The position numbers and the translations under genes are program-made. A stretch of DNA of 64,000 bases from a virus (taxonomy: Duplodnaviria > Caudoviricetes): positions 1,962 through 65,961 of IMG/VR virus record IMGVR_UViG_3300020034_000012. One strand, 5' to 3'. Shown piece after piece: positions 54,201 to 64,000 of the stretch. The notes beneath the pieces are model-generated. The model was not told the origin of the DNA and made no database searches. It was given only the letters and a program-made list of their open reading frames with translations. Each line of letters opens with the position of its first letter. Positions within the stretch are counted from its first letter, which is position 1.

Positions 54201-57010
54201 TAGACAAACTCCCGCGCGGCAGGGAAGTTCAGAGGGTAGAAGTCAAACATGTATTCACCGTCTTCCCCTGCAATCCAGCAGTAAGCAGCTTGACGTTCGG
54301 TCGCCATGATGTGCAGGTCTTCGCCGATCCCAATCAGGAAGCGCAGATCCCAGACCGCGAAGCCACGGTCCCATGGATCATCAAACTGAATCGTGACGTG
54401 CGTAACGTCAGGCTTCGCTGTGATTGTTCCCTGGGCAGTTGTAGGGGAATCCGTATCTGCCTGCACTAGCTGAACCGCATCACCCACTGCAAAGTGCTTG
54501 GCCACGTCATCGCCTGACTCGGACCACGCAACGTTGTCTCCGATGACAGGGTTGAGGTTGAGCGTGAACAAATCGCCACCATGGTCCACGCTTGCTCCAA
54601 TGCGCGCAGTGGGCGCGTACCCAGCCACGCGCCCACTGTCGCGTGCAAACCAGAGCGTTAGCGTGCCCATGCCTTCAGCCGCTGGGTCTAGGTTCCAAGT
54701 GCGACCCACACAGATGGCTTTCTTACCGGTCACCCCGCGGCCACCCAGCCCATCGGGGATGAAGCGGCTGGTGACTTCAACGATGTCACCCACCAGCACG
54801 CCAAACAAAGTGAACGGAACTGCGACCGTTACGATCGCATAATCCTGCGCTAGCGTGCGCAGATACGGTAGCGCCATCTCAACCACCAGGTCCGCTGAGA
54901 TACCGTAGCGTCGCGTCTGCTTGAGGGTGAATCCTCCAACACGGATCTCAGTCGTTCCCACTGTCGCAGGCTGCGATCGGATCTCGATTTCCTGCAGCGC
55001 ACGGTTGCCACTCTTGTGCTCTGCGATGCTCTGCGTCATGCGAACGGTGTAGTCCTGCGCTTCATCAAAGCTGTCATCGTTCGGGTCATACCCGAGACGC
55101 AACTTGGCAATGTTCACCAAGCCGTCTGCTTGCGCTTCCCACGTGGGCCAAGTGCCACTCTGCTCTTCTGCGGGCAGCAGGATCTCATCATCGGTCAGCG
55201 CCCAGTCTGCACTGCGTTGACTCGCAATGAATGGCATGGGCGCCACGTCTAGCCGTCCATCGAGCGCTAGCCGCGCCATCCATCCAGTTGCCATCAGCTC
55301 AGGTGCGAACACGTCCCGGATGCGAACCTGCTTACTGAACTGGTAAGTGCGATGGCGCCAGTAGTTCTGAAAGGAATACGTGCGCCAGTAACCCAGCCAG
55401 TTGGTTGTATCCACGTCACGGTCAGTCAACCATGGTGTCTTGCCTAGGTTGGCTTTCGGTGACTGCTCCACCAGCGCGTTGATAAAGTCAGCCCAGTTCC
55501 CATCATCGCTGTACGTGCGCACGGGAATGATGCTTGACTCGCTCGTGATATAGAGCACGTCAGTATTGCCGATGAACTCGACGTATATCCACCGCTCAGC
55601 CTCAAGTGCGTTGATGCCAGTGATGCGCAGGTAGCGCCCCGCATCATCGCCATTCCGAACTAGCAACACATCATCAACCTGTAACCCGTCCACCTTCTCT
55701 AAGTAGACGCGGTTATTTGGCCAAGTGATCTCATCGTCCACGCCATAGGGGCGGAACAGTTTGTAATCACGCGGTGCGTCACGATCGATCCGAAGCGTAG
55801 GCTTGCCCACCAGCGTGCGCGCTGCAGGCAACGGATAACCCATCGGGGTGGATTGCGGGCGAAAGTCGCAATACCATTTGCCGCTGACGTCGCCCGCGTA
55901 GAAACTCATGCGGCCTTCACGAGGTGATGAACCATTCGCGTCTGGGCTGCCCTGACATCCCCGGTTAGTACAACCATCGAGCGCATCCATCACGCCCACG
56001 GTCACGTCATAGTCATCACTGCCGCCACCGGAAAACCCGAGATAGACCGTGTAACGTCCCGGGCTCGGATCGATTCGGCTGGGTCCGTTATAAGCAAAGT
56101 CCGGAGTGTTTATATCTAACAGGCCACCCGTAGCCTGGGCTGCTATCGCAGCGATCATCTCAGTAGTAACGGCGCTCGCAAACGCATCTTCTGTTTCATA
56201 GAAACCATACATGGGATTTAGGATGACAAGTCCCACGTTACTGAAGTCGACATCAAAGCTTTCGATGCCCATGCGCAGTGGACACGCAGCGGAGTGATAC
56301 ACGCCGCGGACTTTGTATTCAAACTCCTCGGATGCTCCAACGTTCTGATCAAACTGCGTAGTGATAGGGCCAAGCTCGATCTGCCATGACAGCCCATCTG
56401 AGTTCATGCGCGGTGGACGCAGCACCACACCACGCCAGACGATCTGGCCGTCACTCTCCGGATGATCTGAGGGACCGTACGCATACAGAAACGCGTGACG
56501 TCCCTCCATCGTGGGCGGCCAGTTGTAGATGCTGACCGGGTTCTCTGACGTGAAGTCAGTGACCGCGTGTTCCTGTGGAACGCTATCCCAGTAGCCGCGC
56601 ACGATGGTCGATTCGTTCGCTAGCACGCACTCACTGCCCAGATGGTAAACGCCTAACCCTAGTTCCCTGCGCGTGGTCCACGTGCTGGCCGTTGCATCCA
56701 GATCCTGCGTGAGCACGGCTACAACTTTGGGGTCACGCGTGAACCCGTTTACCGTGTCTTCATTCGCGTCAGACGGAACGATCGTAACGGTGATGCCATC
56801 GACTTCGGGCCACGCCTCGCGCAACACCACGCGTTCACTGATGCGCAGCCCATCGTATTGCAAACCCGGATAGACCTTGCGTGTACCTAGGCCAATCTGA
56901 TGCGTGATGCGGGGGTCTGTGACCCACTGGTGTGGCCACCCCTCAATCATCAAGCGGTAGGCTAAGAAGCCTGACCCACCGGTAAGCAGCTGTTCATTCC
57001 ATTCGGTCAT
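54200..57010 (-). CDS. Large tail tip/hub protein
   Basis: 936 aa downstream of tape measure and the paralog pair. Confidence 0.65.
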   Translation of the reverse strand: MTEWNEQLLTGGSGFLAYRLMIEGWPHQWVTDPRITHQIGLGTRKVYPGLQYDGLRISERVVLREAWPEVDGITVTIVPSDANEDTVNGFTRDPKVVAVLTQDLDATASTWTTRRELGLGVYHLGSECVLANESTIVRGYWDSVPQEHAVTDFTSENPVSIYNWPPTMEGRHAFLYAYGPSDHPESDGQIVWRGVVLRPPRMNSDGLSWQIELGPITTQFDQNVGASEEFEYKVRGVYHSAACPLRMGIESFDVDFSNVGLVILNPMYGFYETEDAFASAVTTEMIAAIAAQATGGLLDINTPDFAYNGPSRIDPSPGRYTVYLGFSGGGSDDYDVTVGVMDALDGCTNRGCQGSPDANGSSPREGRMSFYAGDVSGKWYCDFRPQSTPMGYPLPAARTLVGKPTLRIDRDAPRDYKLFRPYGVDDEITWPNNRVYLEKVDGLQVDDVLLVRNGDDAGRYLRITGINALEAERWIYVEFIGNTDVLYITSESSIIPVRTYSDDGNWADFINALVEQSPKANLGKTPWLTDRDVDTTNWLGYWRTYSFQNYWRHRTYQFSKQVRIRDVFAPELMATGWMARLALDGRLDVAPMPFIASQRSADWALTDDEILLPAEEQSGTWPTWEAQADGLVNIAKLRLGYDPNDDSFDEAQDYTVRMTQSIAEHKSGNRALQEIEIRSQPATVGTTEIRVGGFTLKQTRRYGISADLVVEMALPYLRTLAQDYAIVTVAVPFTLFGVLVGDIVEVTSRFIPDGLGGRGVTGKKAICVGRTWNLDPAAEGMGTLTLWFARDSGRVAGYAPTARIGASVDHGGDLFTLNLNPVIGDNVAWSESGDDVAKHFAVGDAVQLVQADTDSPTTAQGTITAKPDVTHVTIQFDDPWDRGFAVWDLRFLIGIGEDLHIMATERQAAYCWIAGEDGEYMFDFYPLNFPAAREFV

Positions 57011-57013
57011 GGT

Positions 57014-57886
57014 TCACGCACTGAAAGTAGCCAGCTGCTGCACGCGGTAGCCCACGTCAAACAAAGCGTGGTCGATTTCTCCGCCCGCACGCTTGCAGTT
57101 GGTGAGATCCCACAGGCACCCATCCGGCCGAAGCTTGAACAGGTAGTTGAACCCGTCATCAAACCCATCGAGCACAGCGAACGGCAGCACCGATCGGCAG
57201 GACTCGAATAGCAACTGGTGCGTAAACGGGTGCGTCGGGACCGCGTCATCGCGCAGCGTCTTCTCACGCGTTTCACTTTGCTGCACGAAGTCCCGGTAGA
57301 GTGGCGTAGCTGACCGCGTCAGACCGAACTGCACACCACCTGCGCTCATCGCGGCCGCACTGATCTTCGTGGGTTCGTAGACGTAGCCCTTCGTGTCCTC
57401 CATCGTGATGGAGGACAGCACAGGCTCAATGATGAAGTTCGGTAGACGCGTCCCTGTGACGACTTCAGCAGACCCCGTGAAGTCATCCGCGAAGCCGAAC
57501 AGTCTGCGCGTATGGATGTTTGAAAAACGGATGGCCGTGAACGCATCGCTGAAGTAGCTGAAGCTGTACGTGCTGCCGTTGAACTCGCAGTAGAGCTGGC
57601 TGACGTCAGGCCAGCTTGCGTCATCACGCATGCGCGCGGTCATCGCTTCACCTAGGCCAGCGGCTGCAAGGTTACGGCCAGCGTACGGAACCGCTTCACC
57701 GTCTTCCCCTACGAACGTGTTCATTAGGTAGTGGTTGAACACGGACACGTCCCGTGACCCGTCGAGCGTGACGTACCTAAGCGATGTGATGTCAATCGTG
57801 AAGTCGGTTGAACCAGAGCGGCTGAACGTGACGCTGCCAAGGACATGGCGCGCATCCATCACATTGAAGAAGGCTGCGTATTGCAT
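57014..57886 (-). CDS. Tail protein, paralog B (distal-tail position)
   Basis: Shares RRLFGFA, IIEP, VQQ.ETR.KT, CRS.LPFAV.DGF with neighbour. Confidence 0.7.
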   Translation of the reverse strand: MQYAAFFNVMDARHVLGSVTFSRSGSTDFTIDITSLRYVTLDGSRDVSVFNHYLMNTFVGEDGEAVPYAGRNLAAAGLGEAMTARMRDDASWPDVSQLYCEFNGSTYSFSYFSDAFTAIRFSNIHTRRLFGFADDFTGSAEVVTGTRLPNFIIEPVLSSITMEDTKGYVYEPTKISAAAMSAGGVQFGLTRSATPLYRDFVQQSETREKTLRDDAVPTHPFTHQLLFESCRSVLPFAVLDGFDDGFNYLFKLRPDGCLWDLTNCKRAGGEIDHALFDVGYRVQQLATFSA

Positions 57887-58797
57887 CAGACGATGAGCCC
57901 CTCACCCTCAAACGTCAGGCTGTCCCCGTCGATGGTCACGCCTTCCACTCGGCCGACTGCCACCGTTTCGAACGGGACGTGAAACTGATCACGGCTGCCA
58001 GCCACAGCGGTCATTGCGTGGAAGTTTTCCGAACCGTTCTCAAAGCAGTAGGCGGTCAGCGCCCCGTCAAGGAAACCATCCATCACTGCAAACGGCAGGC
58101 TGCTTCGACAGTCCTTGTACAAGTCTTCAAACGTGTACTCAGCTGGCTCTGCGCCTGCGTAGCGTCGAAACGTTTTGGCGCGCGTTTCATATTGCTGCAC
58201 CCACTTGCGGCGAAGGGGCGCCTGCGTGCGTGCGATGCTGTAGCTGCGCCCCGTCGCACTGAAGGCGACTGTGCTAATCGCGTCAGTCTCATACACTGTG
58301 CTGGCCGATGACGCGCCATCGATCGTGGGTTCGATGATGTGCGAAGGGATCTGAGTTCCCGCGATGCTGTCATCGCTGCCGCTGAAGTTTGCTGCGAAGC
58401 CGAACAGTCTGCGGATGGTTGCGTTACTGAACGTGATCGCCGTGATGCCCGTGGGATATTCGAGCGTGACCCTGCGTGTCACTGAGTTGAACCCCACGTT
58501 GATGCTGTCTGGGTCTGACCAGCCTGCGACGTCCGCAGCTGCGCGCAGCGTTACCGCTATGGCTTGGTAGAAGGTGTATTGACTGAAGGTCTTCAGCTGA
58601 TTGGAGTGGCCATAGTCCATGCCACTCCAGTTGTTGGTCACGATGTAGTTGTAATAGAACGCAACGTTCCCGTACGCATTGATGAATGCCAGCGCGCTAG
58701 GTGAAACCGCGATCGTTCCACCGCCACTCTTGGTAACGCTGATGTTACCGGTGGGCAGCAGTCGCCGATCAAAGCTTGCGAAATAGGCCATGGTCAT
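57886..58797 (-). CDS. Tail protein, paralog A (distal-tail position)
   Basis: Directly after tape measure; paralog of 57014-57886. Confidence 0.7.
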   Translation of the reverse strand: MTMAYFASFDRRLLPTGNISVTKSGGGTIAVSPSALAFINAYGNVAFYYNYIVTNNWSGMDYGHSNQLKTFSQYTFYQAIAVTLRAAADVAGWSDPDSINVGFNSVTRRVTLEYPTGITAITFSNATIRRLFGFAANFSGSDDSIAGTQIPSHIIEPTIDGASSASTVYETDAISTVAFSATGRSYSIARTQAPLRRKWVQQYETRAKTFRRYAGAEPAEYTFEDLYKDCRSSLPFAVMDGFLDGALTAYCFENGSENFHAMTAVAGSRDQFHVPFETVAVGRVEGVTIDGDSLTFEGEGLIV

Positions 58798-58800
58798 CAG

Positions 58801-60732
58801 TCATCCGTAAACACGCATGGCCTGGCGCGTCGCTTGCTGGATGCGTGCGCCATCGACAGCTGATGGCGACAGCATCGTGGGGAAGTTGATGTTGATGATC
58901 ATCGGTCCGGTGGCCGTGCTGCCGTAACGCGCTGTGTCACCGAAGGGGTCTGCGTAGTTCGTGCGCGCTGGTTCGCCACCGCCACCGCCGCCACTCGCGC
59001 CTGCGCTTGAACCACCGGACGCGCGCGCGCCTGCCGCACCTAGCGCTAAGCCCGCGGCGATCTCCGCTGCACCTACGCCAGCAAGCCCGGCCGCAAACGG
59101 TGCAGTGGGTGGAAAGAACGCCATGGCTGCTGCTTGGAAAAGCACGCGCGTCCCCTCTGCAACCATCTGATCACCGATGCCTTCGATGACTGAACCCAGC
59201 GCAATCTCGTGACCCTTCGCCATTTCGCTGAACAGCTTGACCGAAGTGCTTGCGCCAATCTGCGCAACATTGGTGACTGCGTCCGTATACGCTTTGTGTT
59301 TTGTCTGCAGTGCAGCGTAGTACTTATCTAGACGTTCCTTCTCTGCTTCGGCTGCGCGCTTCCTGGTGACTTCATCTTCTTCTGCAAAGTACTCGTTTAG
59401 ATCGTGGATGGCCTTCATCCGAATCATCTTGATATCGGACTCTTTAGCTTCGGCTTCTGATTCCTTGTCTGTCACCTTCTTCTTCGATGCTGCTATCAGC
59501 GCATCGATCTGCTTCATCTTCCCCTGAGTAGTCTCGAGACTTTCAGGGGTGCTCCACTTGTGCGCCTTCGTGTAGTCTTCGATGCCAGCAAGGCGTGCAG
59601 CTTCATCGGCTTCTGCTTGCCCGATGTCACCTTGCGCGTCCTTGGTTTTCTTATCCCCCTCCAACTTCGCCGCAGCGTCTTGTGCGCGCCTAGACATCAC
59701 GCGGCTGTACGCGGACTCCGTCTCATCGAGAACTTTTGTTAGGCGCGCGTACTCTGCAAGCGCCGCCTGCACGCCAGTCTCACCACCGCCTGCACTCTCA
59801 GGACGATTGCGGATCCTGTTGAGTTGTGGCGCAGTAAACCGCTCTGCCAAACGATGGCGGCGTGCAGCTAGGTCCGCGTTGAACTCCTGGTCTGTCGCGG
59901 TCCCGTTCGCTAACCGTGTACCAAGATCACCCTCACTCTGAAGCGCGCCCACCTTGCCAGATGCTTGGCTGCGCAAGTTGGCGATGGCGCCCACGTAATC
60001 CGCTAGAGCGCCCGTGTTTTTCTTGGTGGCTTCGGCGAGTGCATCCGCTTCTTCTTTCGCGGATGCCATGTAACTGCCTAAGCCACTGACGGCTGCAACC
60101 AAGCCAGCGCCGATCAACATCCCAGCAGGTCCACCCGCTGACCCTGCTGCCGCACCGCCTGCCGCACCACCTGCACTGGCGCCACTCAAAGCTGCACCGC
60201 CTGCTGTGCCAAGGATGCCAAGCATCTGCGACATGGCAGACCCTGCGCCACGTAGCGCAGTGGTAACGCCCGATGTGCTTGGAGCAAGCTGGCTTAGGCT
60301 CTGACTCAGGTTACCCACCAGCGCAGCGGTCTGGCCGCTTGCTGCTTTGAGCTTATCCGTGCTGGTGAATAGCGCTGTGCTGGAGGACGAAACTTTTTCC
60401 CACGCAGATTTATTTTTGACCAGTGCATCAGTCTCTGCGTTGACCGCAGCAGCTTCCTTCTTCAGCTGCTCAATCACATTGCTTCGCTGTATCTGCGCAG
60501 ACGTTTGGGCCAGCATCTTCTGCGTGCTGTCCAAGCGTGCCCATGCGTCCGCTTCCTTCTGAATCTCCCCGATGACTTGCGCGCGTTTCAGATCCTTGCT
60601 GGTGTCAGCAATCAGCTTCTGCGTCTTGAGCTGCCGCTCCATCGAAGCGGCAACCTTGTCAAACGCCTGCGCTACTTCCGCAGTGCCATCGGCTGCAACT
60701 TCAAACTGGATCTTCTTATCTGCCTCTGACAT
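58801..60732 (-). CDS. Tape measure protein
   Basis: Ala/Gly-rich helical, hydrophobic segments, C-terminal IININFP; follows chaperone pair. Confidence 0.8.
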   Translation of the reverse strand: MSEADKKIQFEVAADGTAEVAQAFDKVAASMERQLKTQKLIADTSKDLKRAQVIGEIQKEADAWARLDSTQKMLAQTSAQIQRSNVIEQLKKEAAAVNAETDALVKNKSAWEKVSSSSTALFTSTDKLKAASGQTAALVGNLSQSLSQLAPSTSGVTTALRGAGSAMSQMLGILGTAGGAALSGASAGGAAGGAAAGSAGGPAGMLIGAGLVAAVSGLGSYMASAKEEADALAEATKKNTGALADYVGAIANLRSQASGKVGALQSEGDLGTRLANGTATDQEFNADLAARRHRLAERFTAPQLNRIRNRPESAGGGETGVQAALAEYARLTKVLDETESAYSRVMSRRAQDAAAKLEGDKKTKDAQGDIGQAEADEAARLAGIEDYTKAHKWSTPESLETTQGKMKQIDALIAASKKKVTDKESEAEAKESDIKMIRMKAIHDLNEYFAEEDEVTRKRAAEAEKERLDKYYAALQTKHKAYTDAVTNVAQIGASTSVKLFSEMAKGHEIALGSVIEGIGDQMVAEGTRVLFQAAAMAFFPPTAPFAAGLAGVGAAEIAAGLALGAAGARASGGSSAGASGGGGGGEPARTNYADPFGDTARYGSTATGPMIININFPTMLSPSAVDGARIQQATRQAMRVYG

Positions 60733-61015
60733 GACCGCCCCTCATAGGCAGCGGACGCACGCGCGCGCGTTCCTGCTTCTCCAGCTCCATCTGCTTGGAC
60801 CACACGCGGTTAGTGACGTGGTGGTAGTGGCGGATGCCTGCGACTAGGCGCGCGCTTGGCTGCGGCAATGCAAACGCAAGCTGACCGGATTCGAAAAATG
60901 GCATGGCGTAGATCACACGCTGCACAAACGGATCACGCAGTGCACGCCACGGGCAACCGGATACGAACTGCGTACCGGTTAGTTCCTGGATGCTTGCGAA
61001 GATCCGATCGGTCAT
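60716..61015 (-). CDS. Tail assembly chaperone, T part (likely reached by -1 frameshift)
   Basis: Frame is open back to the slippery site at 61264-61270. Confidence 0.7.
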   Translation of the reverse strand: MTDRIFASIQELTGTQFVSGCPWRALRDPFVQRVIYAMPFFESGQLAFALPQPSARLVAGIRHYHHVTNRVWSKQMELEKQERARVRPLPMRGGHVRGR

Positions 61016-61032
61016 GCCTGGGTTCCAACGTC

Positions 61033-61668
61033 CTATGGGTTGATCACCGTTGCAGTCACAGCCATACGATCGTCTGAGCGTTCTGCGGCGGTTGAGCTGG
61101 TCTTGTCTGTTCCTGCCTGGCTGGGTATAGAGGGCACCGATGGCTTCCCTTTGCTGCGCCCCGCCGCACTTTTCTGGCTCGACTCCGCAAGGCGCAGCTC
61201 CAATGCCGTCATGGGTGCGTGTAACGAAGGCAGCAGCAGATAGGTTGCTGCAATCCGTCGTGGCAAAAAAGAGTGTGTATAGATCACCGCACCAATCTCA
61301 GCGCGTTCCGCTGGTGAGAACAGGCGCAGGTCATCATCATCCAAGATGATGGCGCTGGTGCGCGTGTTAATTGTGGTGGGCGCCCACGTCCCGAGTGTGA
61401 CCCCGTCTAGCTGCGGCAGGTTCTCAACCTTCTCAATCCCGCAGATGAATGCGCGTCTGTATTTTTCAGACGCTGCATCGGGCGCATCGACGTACTCATC
61501 GAACAGCCCATGAGGCACTTCGCGCACGTGGTAGACGACGGGCTTACCTGCAGGCTTGACCTTGACCAGATCGTAATCACGCGTCTTGCCGTAACGGATG
61601 CGCACATCGATGTCCATGTCTAGATCTTCATCCAGCATCGACACACACTTGAAGCGTTCTGCTCTCAT
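61033..61668 (-). CDS. Tail assembly chaperone, G part
   Basis: Between tube and tape measure; contains T TTT TTG heptamer. Confidence 0.75.
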   Translation of the reverse strand: MRAERFKCVSMLDEDLDMDIDVRIRYGKTRDYDLVKVKPAGKPVVYHVREVPHGLFDEYVDAPDAASEKYRRAFICGIEKVENLPQLDGVTLGTWAPTTINTRTSAIILDDDDLRLFSPAERAEIGAVIYTHSFLPRRIAATYLLLPSLHAPMTALELRLAESSQKSAAGRSKGKPSVPSIPSQAGTDKTSSTAAERSDDRMAVTATVINP

Positions 61669-61680
61669 CGCTAACCCCGA

Positions 61681-62958
61681 TCAAAAGAGATGGATGCGCA
61701 GCGCTGACTTTTGAAGCGCGCTGGTGTTCGTGTTGGTTTGCGAGTCCAGCCGCGCGTACCAGGTCACGCGCTGGCCTGCGATGCCTCCCACCGTTTCGCG
61801 CTGGAAGCCGTCCACTACCGCATGCGGAACACTGATCATGAATCCGCCACCGGCTAGGCTTGAACCCACCTGATAAGCGAGCGCGTATGCAGTCTCGCTA
61901 TCGCGGGCAGTGCGCCACACGACAGACTCATAGGGCAGCGCGAAGTTACCCGTGACTGCAGGGCCGGACGCACGCGTCCGCACCCACTGCTTGATATTGT
62001 TCACCCCGCCTGGCGTGATGTGCGGTTCGTAAACGATGTTTGGTTCGATGTTGATTTCGGATGCATCAATGAGTGTACCGGTCAGCGTAGACGCGCCATG
62101 CGTCACTATCCGCAGCTCTGAATCCATCACAGCGTTGATGGATGTGTCCGCGTAGTTCTGGTCAGCAAGCGCGCTCGATGACGGATTCATGGACGTTTCA
62201 GTTCCGTCCGCTCGCTTGTGGTCAGCGAACAGCCAAGCCCAATCAACGGTAGGAATCGTCCCTGGCTGCAGGCTGAACTTTGGCGGCGCAGAGATCTGAC
62301 CGCCTTTGAGCAGCCAGCGATCGAGCGCATCAAGTCCTTCCACCAGCAGCTGCAGTGACGTAACCGTGGACCCGTCCAAGTTACCCAGCGAGATGGTGGC
62401 GCAGGCGTAGACAATGCTAGTGGCGCCCGTAGTGGCAGGCGCATTGCTCAGCGGGTACTTCAGCGTGACCGCGTTGGTTGCGATCGTTTTGATCTCTCTG
62501 CACTCGAGTGCGCCACCCGCACCGGTGGCCAGCACGACTGCGCCCCCTTCGGTGAGTCCCGCTGCACTGGTCACGTTCAACACGGTGGCTGTGCTGGACA
62601 GAGCAATCGTGGTGCCTGTCCCGTACGTGGCTGCGCCAAGCGCAATCTTCAACATGTGGTGACCAGCGGGGATGATGCTTGCGCTGGTCAACGCACCCGT
62701 CCCGCGGACCGTGGTCCCGCGCAGGTTTAGTTGCGTGCTGAAGGTTCCACGCCGCGGCATGAAAACCTTGGACGGGTAACCGTCGATGTGCTGCTGCAGT
62801 AGCTTCGGGGATTCCTCTGGCCGATCCATCGAAGCCTTCGCTGTACCTTCAATGCATGGAACATCTTCCATGTCATTGAGCGTTGCCTCTGCGCAGAAAG
62901 AGCCATTAGCTTCTTCATCCGCTCGCACGCGTCCAATGTTCTGAATGCTGAGTGTCAT
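61681..62958 (-). CDS. Major tail (tube) protein
   Basis: Position upstream of chaperone and tape measure; Thr/Gly-rich beta protein. Confidence 0.7.
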   Translation of the reverse strand: MTLSIQNIGRVRADEEANGSFCAEATLNDMEDVPCIEGTAKASMDRPEESPKLLQQHIDGYPSKVFMPRRGTFSTQLNLRGTTVRGTGALTSASIIPAGHHMLKIALGAATYGTGTTIALSSTATVLNVTSAAGLTEGGAVVLATGAGGALECREIKTIATNAVTLKYPLSNAPATTGATSIVYACATISLGNLDGSTVTSLQLLVEGLDALDRWLLKGGQISAPPKFSLQPGTIPTVDWAWLFADHKRADGTETSMNPSSSALADQNYADTSINAVMDSELRIVTHGASTLTGTLIDASEINIEPNIVYEPHITPGGVNNIKQWVRTRASGPAVTGNFALPYESVVWRTARDSETAYALAYQVGSSLAGGGFMISVPHAVVDGFQRETVGGIAGQRVTWYARLDSQTNTNTSALQKSALRIHLF

Positions 62959-62963
62959 AGCTC

Positions 62964-63518
62964 TTAGGTCCCCACGGCTTGCGGTACATTGACGATCGCC
63001 ACACCAGTGATGCGGCTGATGTGCAACTGCTTCTTCCAGTCTTCGTTGACCAGTTCGTAACGCGGCACGCCTGACCCATCTTCGGCGCCGCACAGCAAGC
63101 CACTCGCAATGCGCGTGGCTTGGCCGCTTACCGTGAACAGCAAGTTACCCGGGTAGCTCAGTGCACTGATGGCATCGCTGCACGCTTGCTCTACGCGTTC
63201 ACGTTGCTCAAGGCGCGCCATCTCATCGGACGTCACGCTTAGCGATGTGACCACGCGCAAGGTGATGACGCGTGCATCAATCCGGTAGTTCGCTTTATTG
63301 CTGAACGGGGTGGCCTTGTGCGGCCGAGTGCTGCTCAGCTGCACATCGAACTGGTGGCGGTAGCGACTGTCCATCGCACGCGCTTGCTGCGCTGCGTTCG
63401 GCTGCCCATCGAAGACGCCATAGCCGAACAGCATCGGCGGCAGCTTGCGTACGCTGCCTAGCGAACCCTGCATCAGTTCGATGATGGCGCGCGTGATAAG
63501 CCCTGTTTGGCTGCTCAT
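62964..63518 (-). CDS. Tail terminator/completion protein
   Basis: Position upstream of the tube gene. Confidence 0.55.
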   Translation of the reverse strand: MSSQTGLITRAIIELMQGSLGSVRKLPPMLFGYGVFDGQPNAAQQARAMDSRYRHQFDVQLSSTRPHKATPFSNKANYRIDARVITLRVVTSLSVTSDEMARLEQRERVEQACSDAISALSYPGNLLFTVSGQATRIASGLLCGAEDGSGVPRYELVNEDWKKQLHISRITGVAIVNVPQAVGT

Positions 63519-64000
63519 ACCGCACCCTTGTCAGGCTCACCGTGTTTGACGTAGTTGACGATCGCAGAATCAAGGCTCTGCATCGCGTCATCAGCCAGGC
63601 GCCATCCGCTGCCATCGTGAACGAATGGCGTGGGGTTACGCGCTGGCATCTTGCGCGTACCGCTCATGTGGTAACCGAGATAGCCAACGGCAGACCAGAC
63701 AACGCTGGTCTGGCCTGGTGGATCGATGTGATTGGAGTTGCGTGCGCGCGCAGTGTCGATGAGCGGCACGATCCCAGCGGGAGCTAGCAACTCAGCGCGC
63801 TTGGCGGCAGCGCGTTTGGTCAGCTGCTTGGTGACTCTGGAGTAGCGTCCGCTATCGTCTACTTCGTGCGCGTGTGCGAAGTTGACGATCGCATTGGCTT
63901 GCTTTCCACTCCAGCCTTCAGCAATCAACTTCGCACGCATCGCTGACTTGTCTGCGCTGCTGGCGCTTCGCACTGCAGCGCGCGCAGCGTTGACCTTCTT
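63515..64000 (-). CDS. Virion morphogenesis protein (Mu gpG-like), 5-prime truncated
   Basis: PLIDT, YLGYHMSGTRKMPAR; frame open to the window edge. Confidence 0.6.
   Translation of the reverse strand, partial: KKVNAARAAVRSASSADKSAMRAKLIAEGWSGKQANAIVNFAHAHEVDDSGRYSRVTKQLTKRAAAKRAELLAPAGIVPLIDTARARNSNHIDPPGQTSVVWSAVGYLGYHMSGTRKMPARNPTPFVHDGSGWRLADDAMQSLDSAIVNYVKHGEPDKGAV

Larger units (their letters stand above)
1..64000. mobile_element. Temperate tailed phage genome, near complete, circularly permuted, probably the excised form
   Basis: Head, tail, lysis, terminase, primase, repressor switch and integrase all present; no host housekeeping genes; att core flanked by phage DNA on both sides; both window ends lie in the head/neck module. 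Confidence 0.93.

Noticed and set aside
1-64000. Stop-codon reassignment
   Set aside because: Core genes are intact in the standard code and TAA, TAG and TGA all end genes at sensible positions

Overview
The window is almost the whole genome of one GC-rich temperate tailed phage, apparently circularly permuted and cut inside the head/neck module: it opens in a Mu gpT-like major capsid gene and ends in a neck/morphogenesis gene. Order: Mu-like head module (capsid, cement, protease/scaffold, gpF, DUF935 portal; minus strand); TerL and probable TerS about 8.5 kb apart; a long run of small minus-strand ORFs with a Maf/DUF115-like protein, DNA methyltransferase and RuvC-like nuclease; a GTGTAA-repeat candidate origin and Toprim/DUF927 primase-helicase; a divergent cro/cI-like switch; a plus-strand recombination arm (PD-(D/E)XK nuclease, SSB-like protein, split RecD2, YfdP/YfdQ-like pair); tyrosine integrase with an apparently intact attP; an operator-controlled accessory cluster; lysis genes; and a tail module with no recognisable sheath. 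Best leads: (1) an ANDN motif resembling the start of tmRNA/SsrA tags in seven unrelated proteins, (2) a small C-terminal-diglycine protein with a Cys-containing partner, (3) an attP carrying the 5-prime half of tRNA-Arg(UCU), (4) a phage-borne Maf-like protein. All family calls are from motif recognition by eye; no searches were run.
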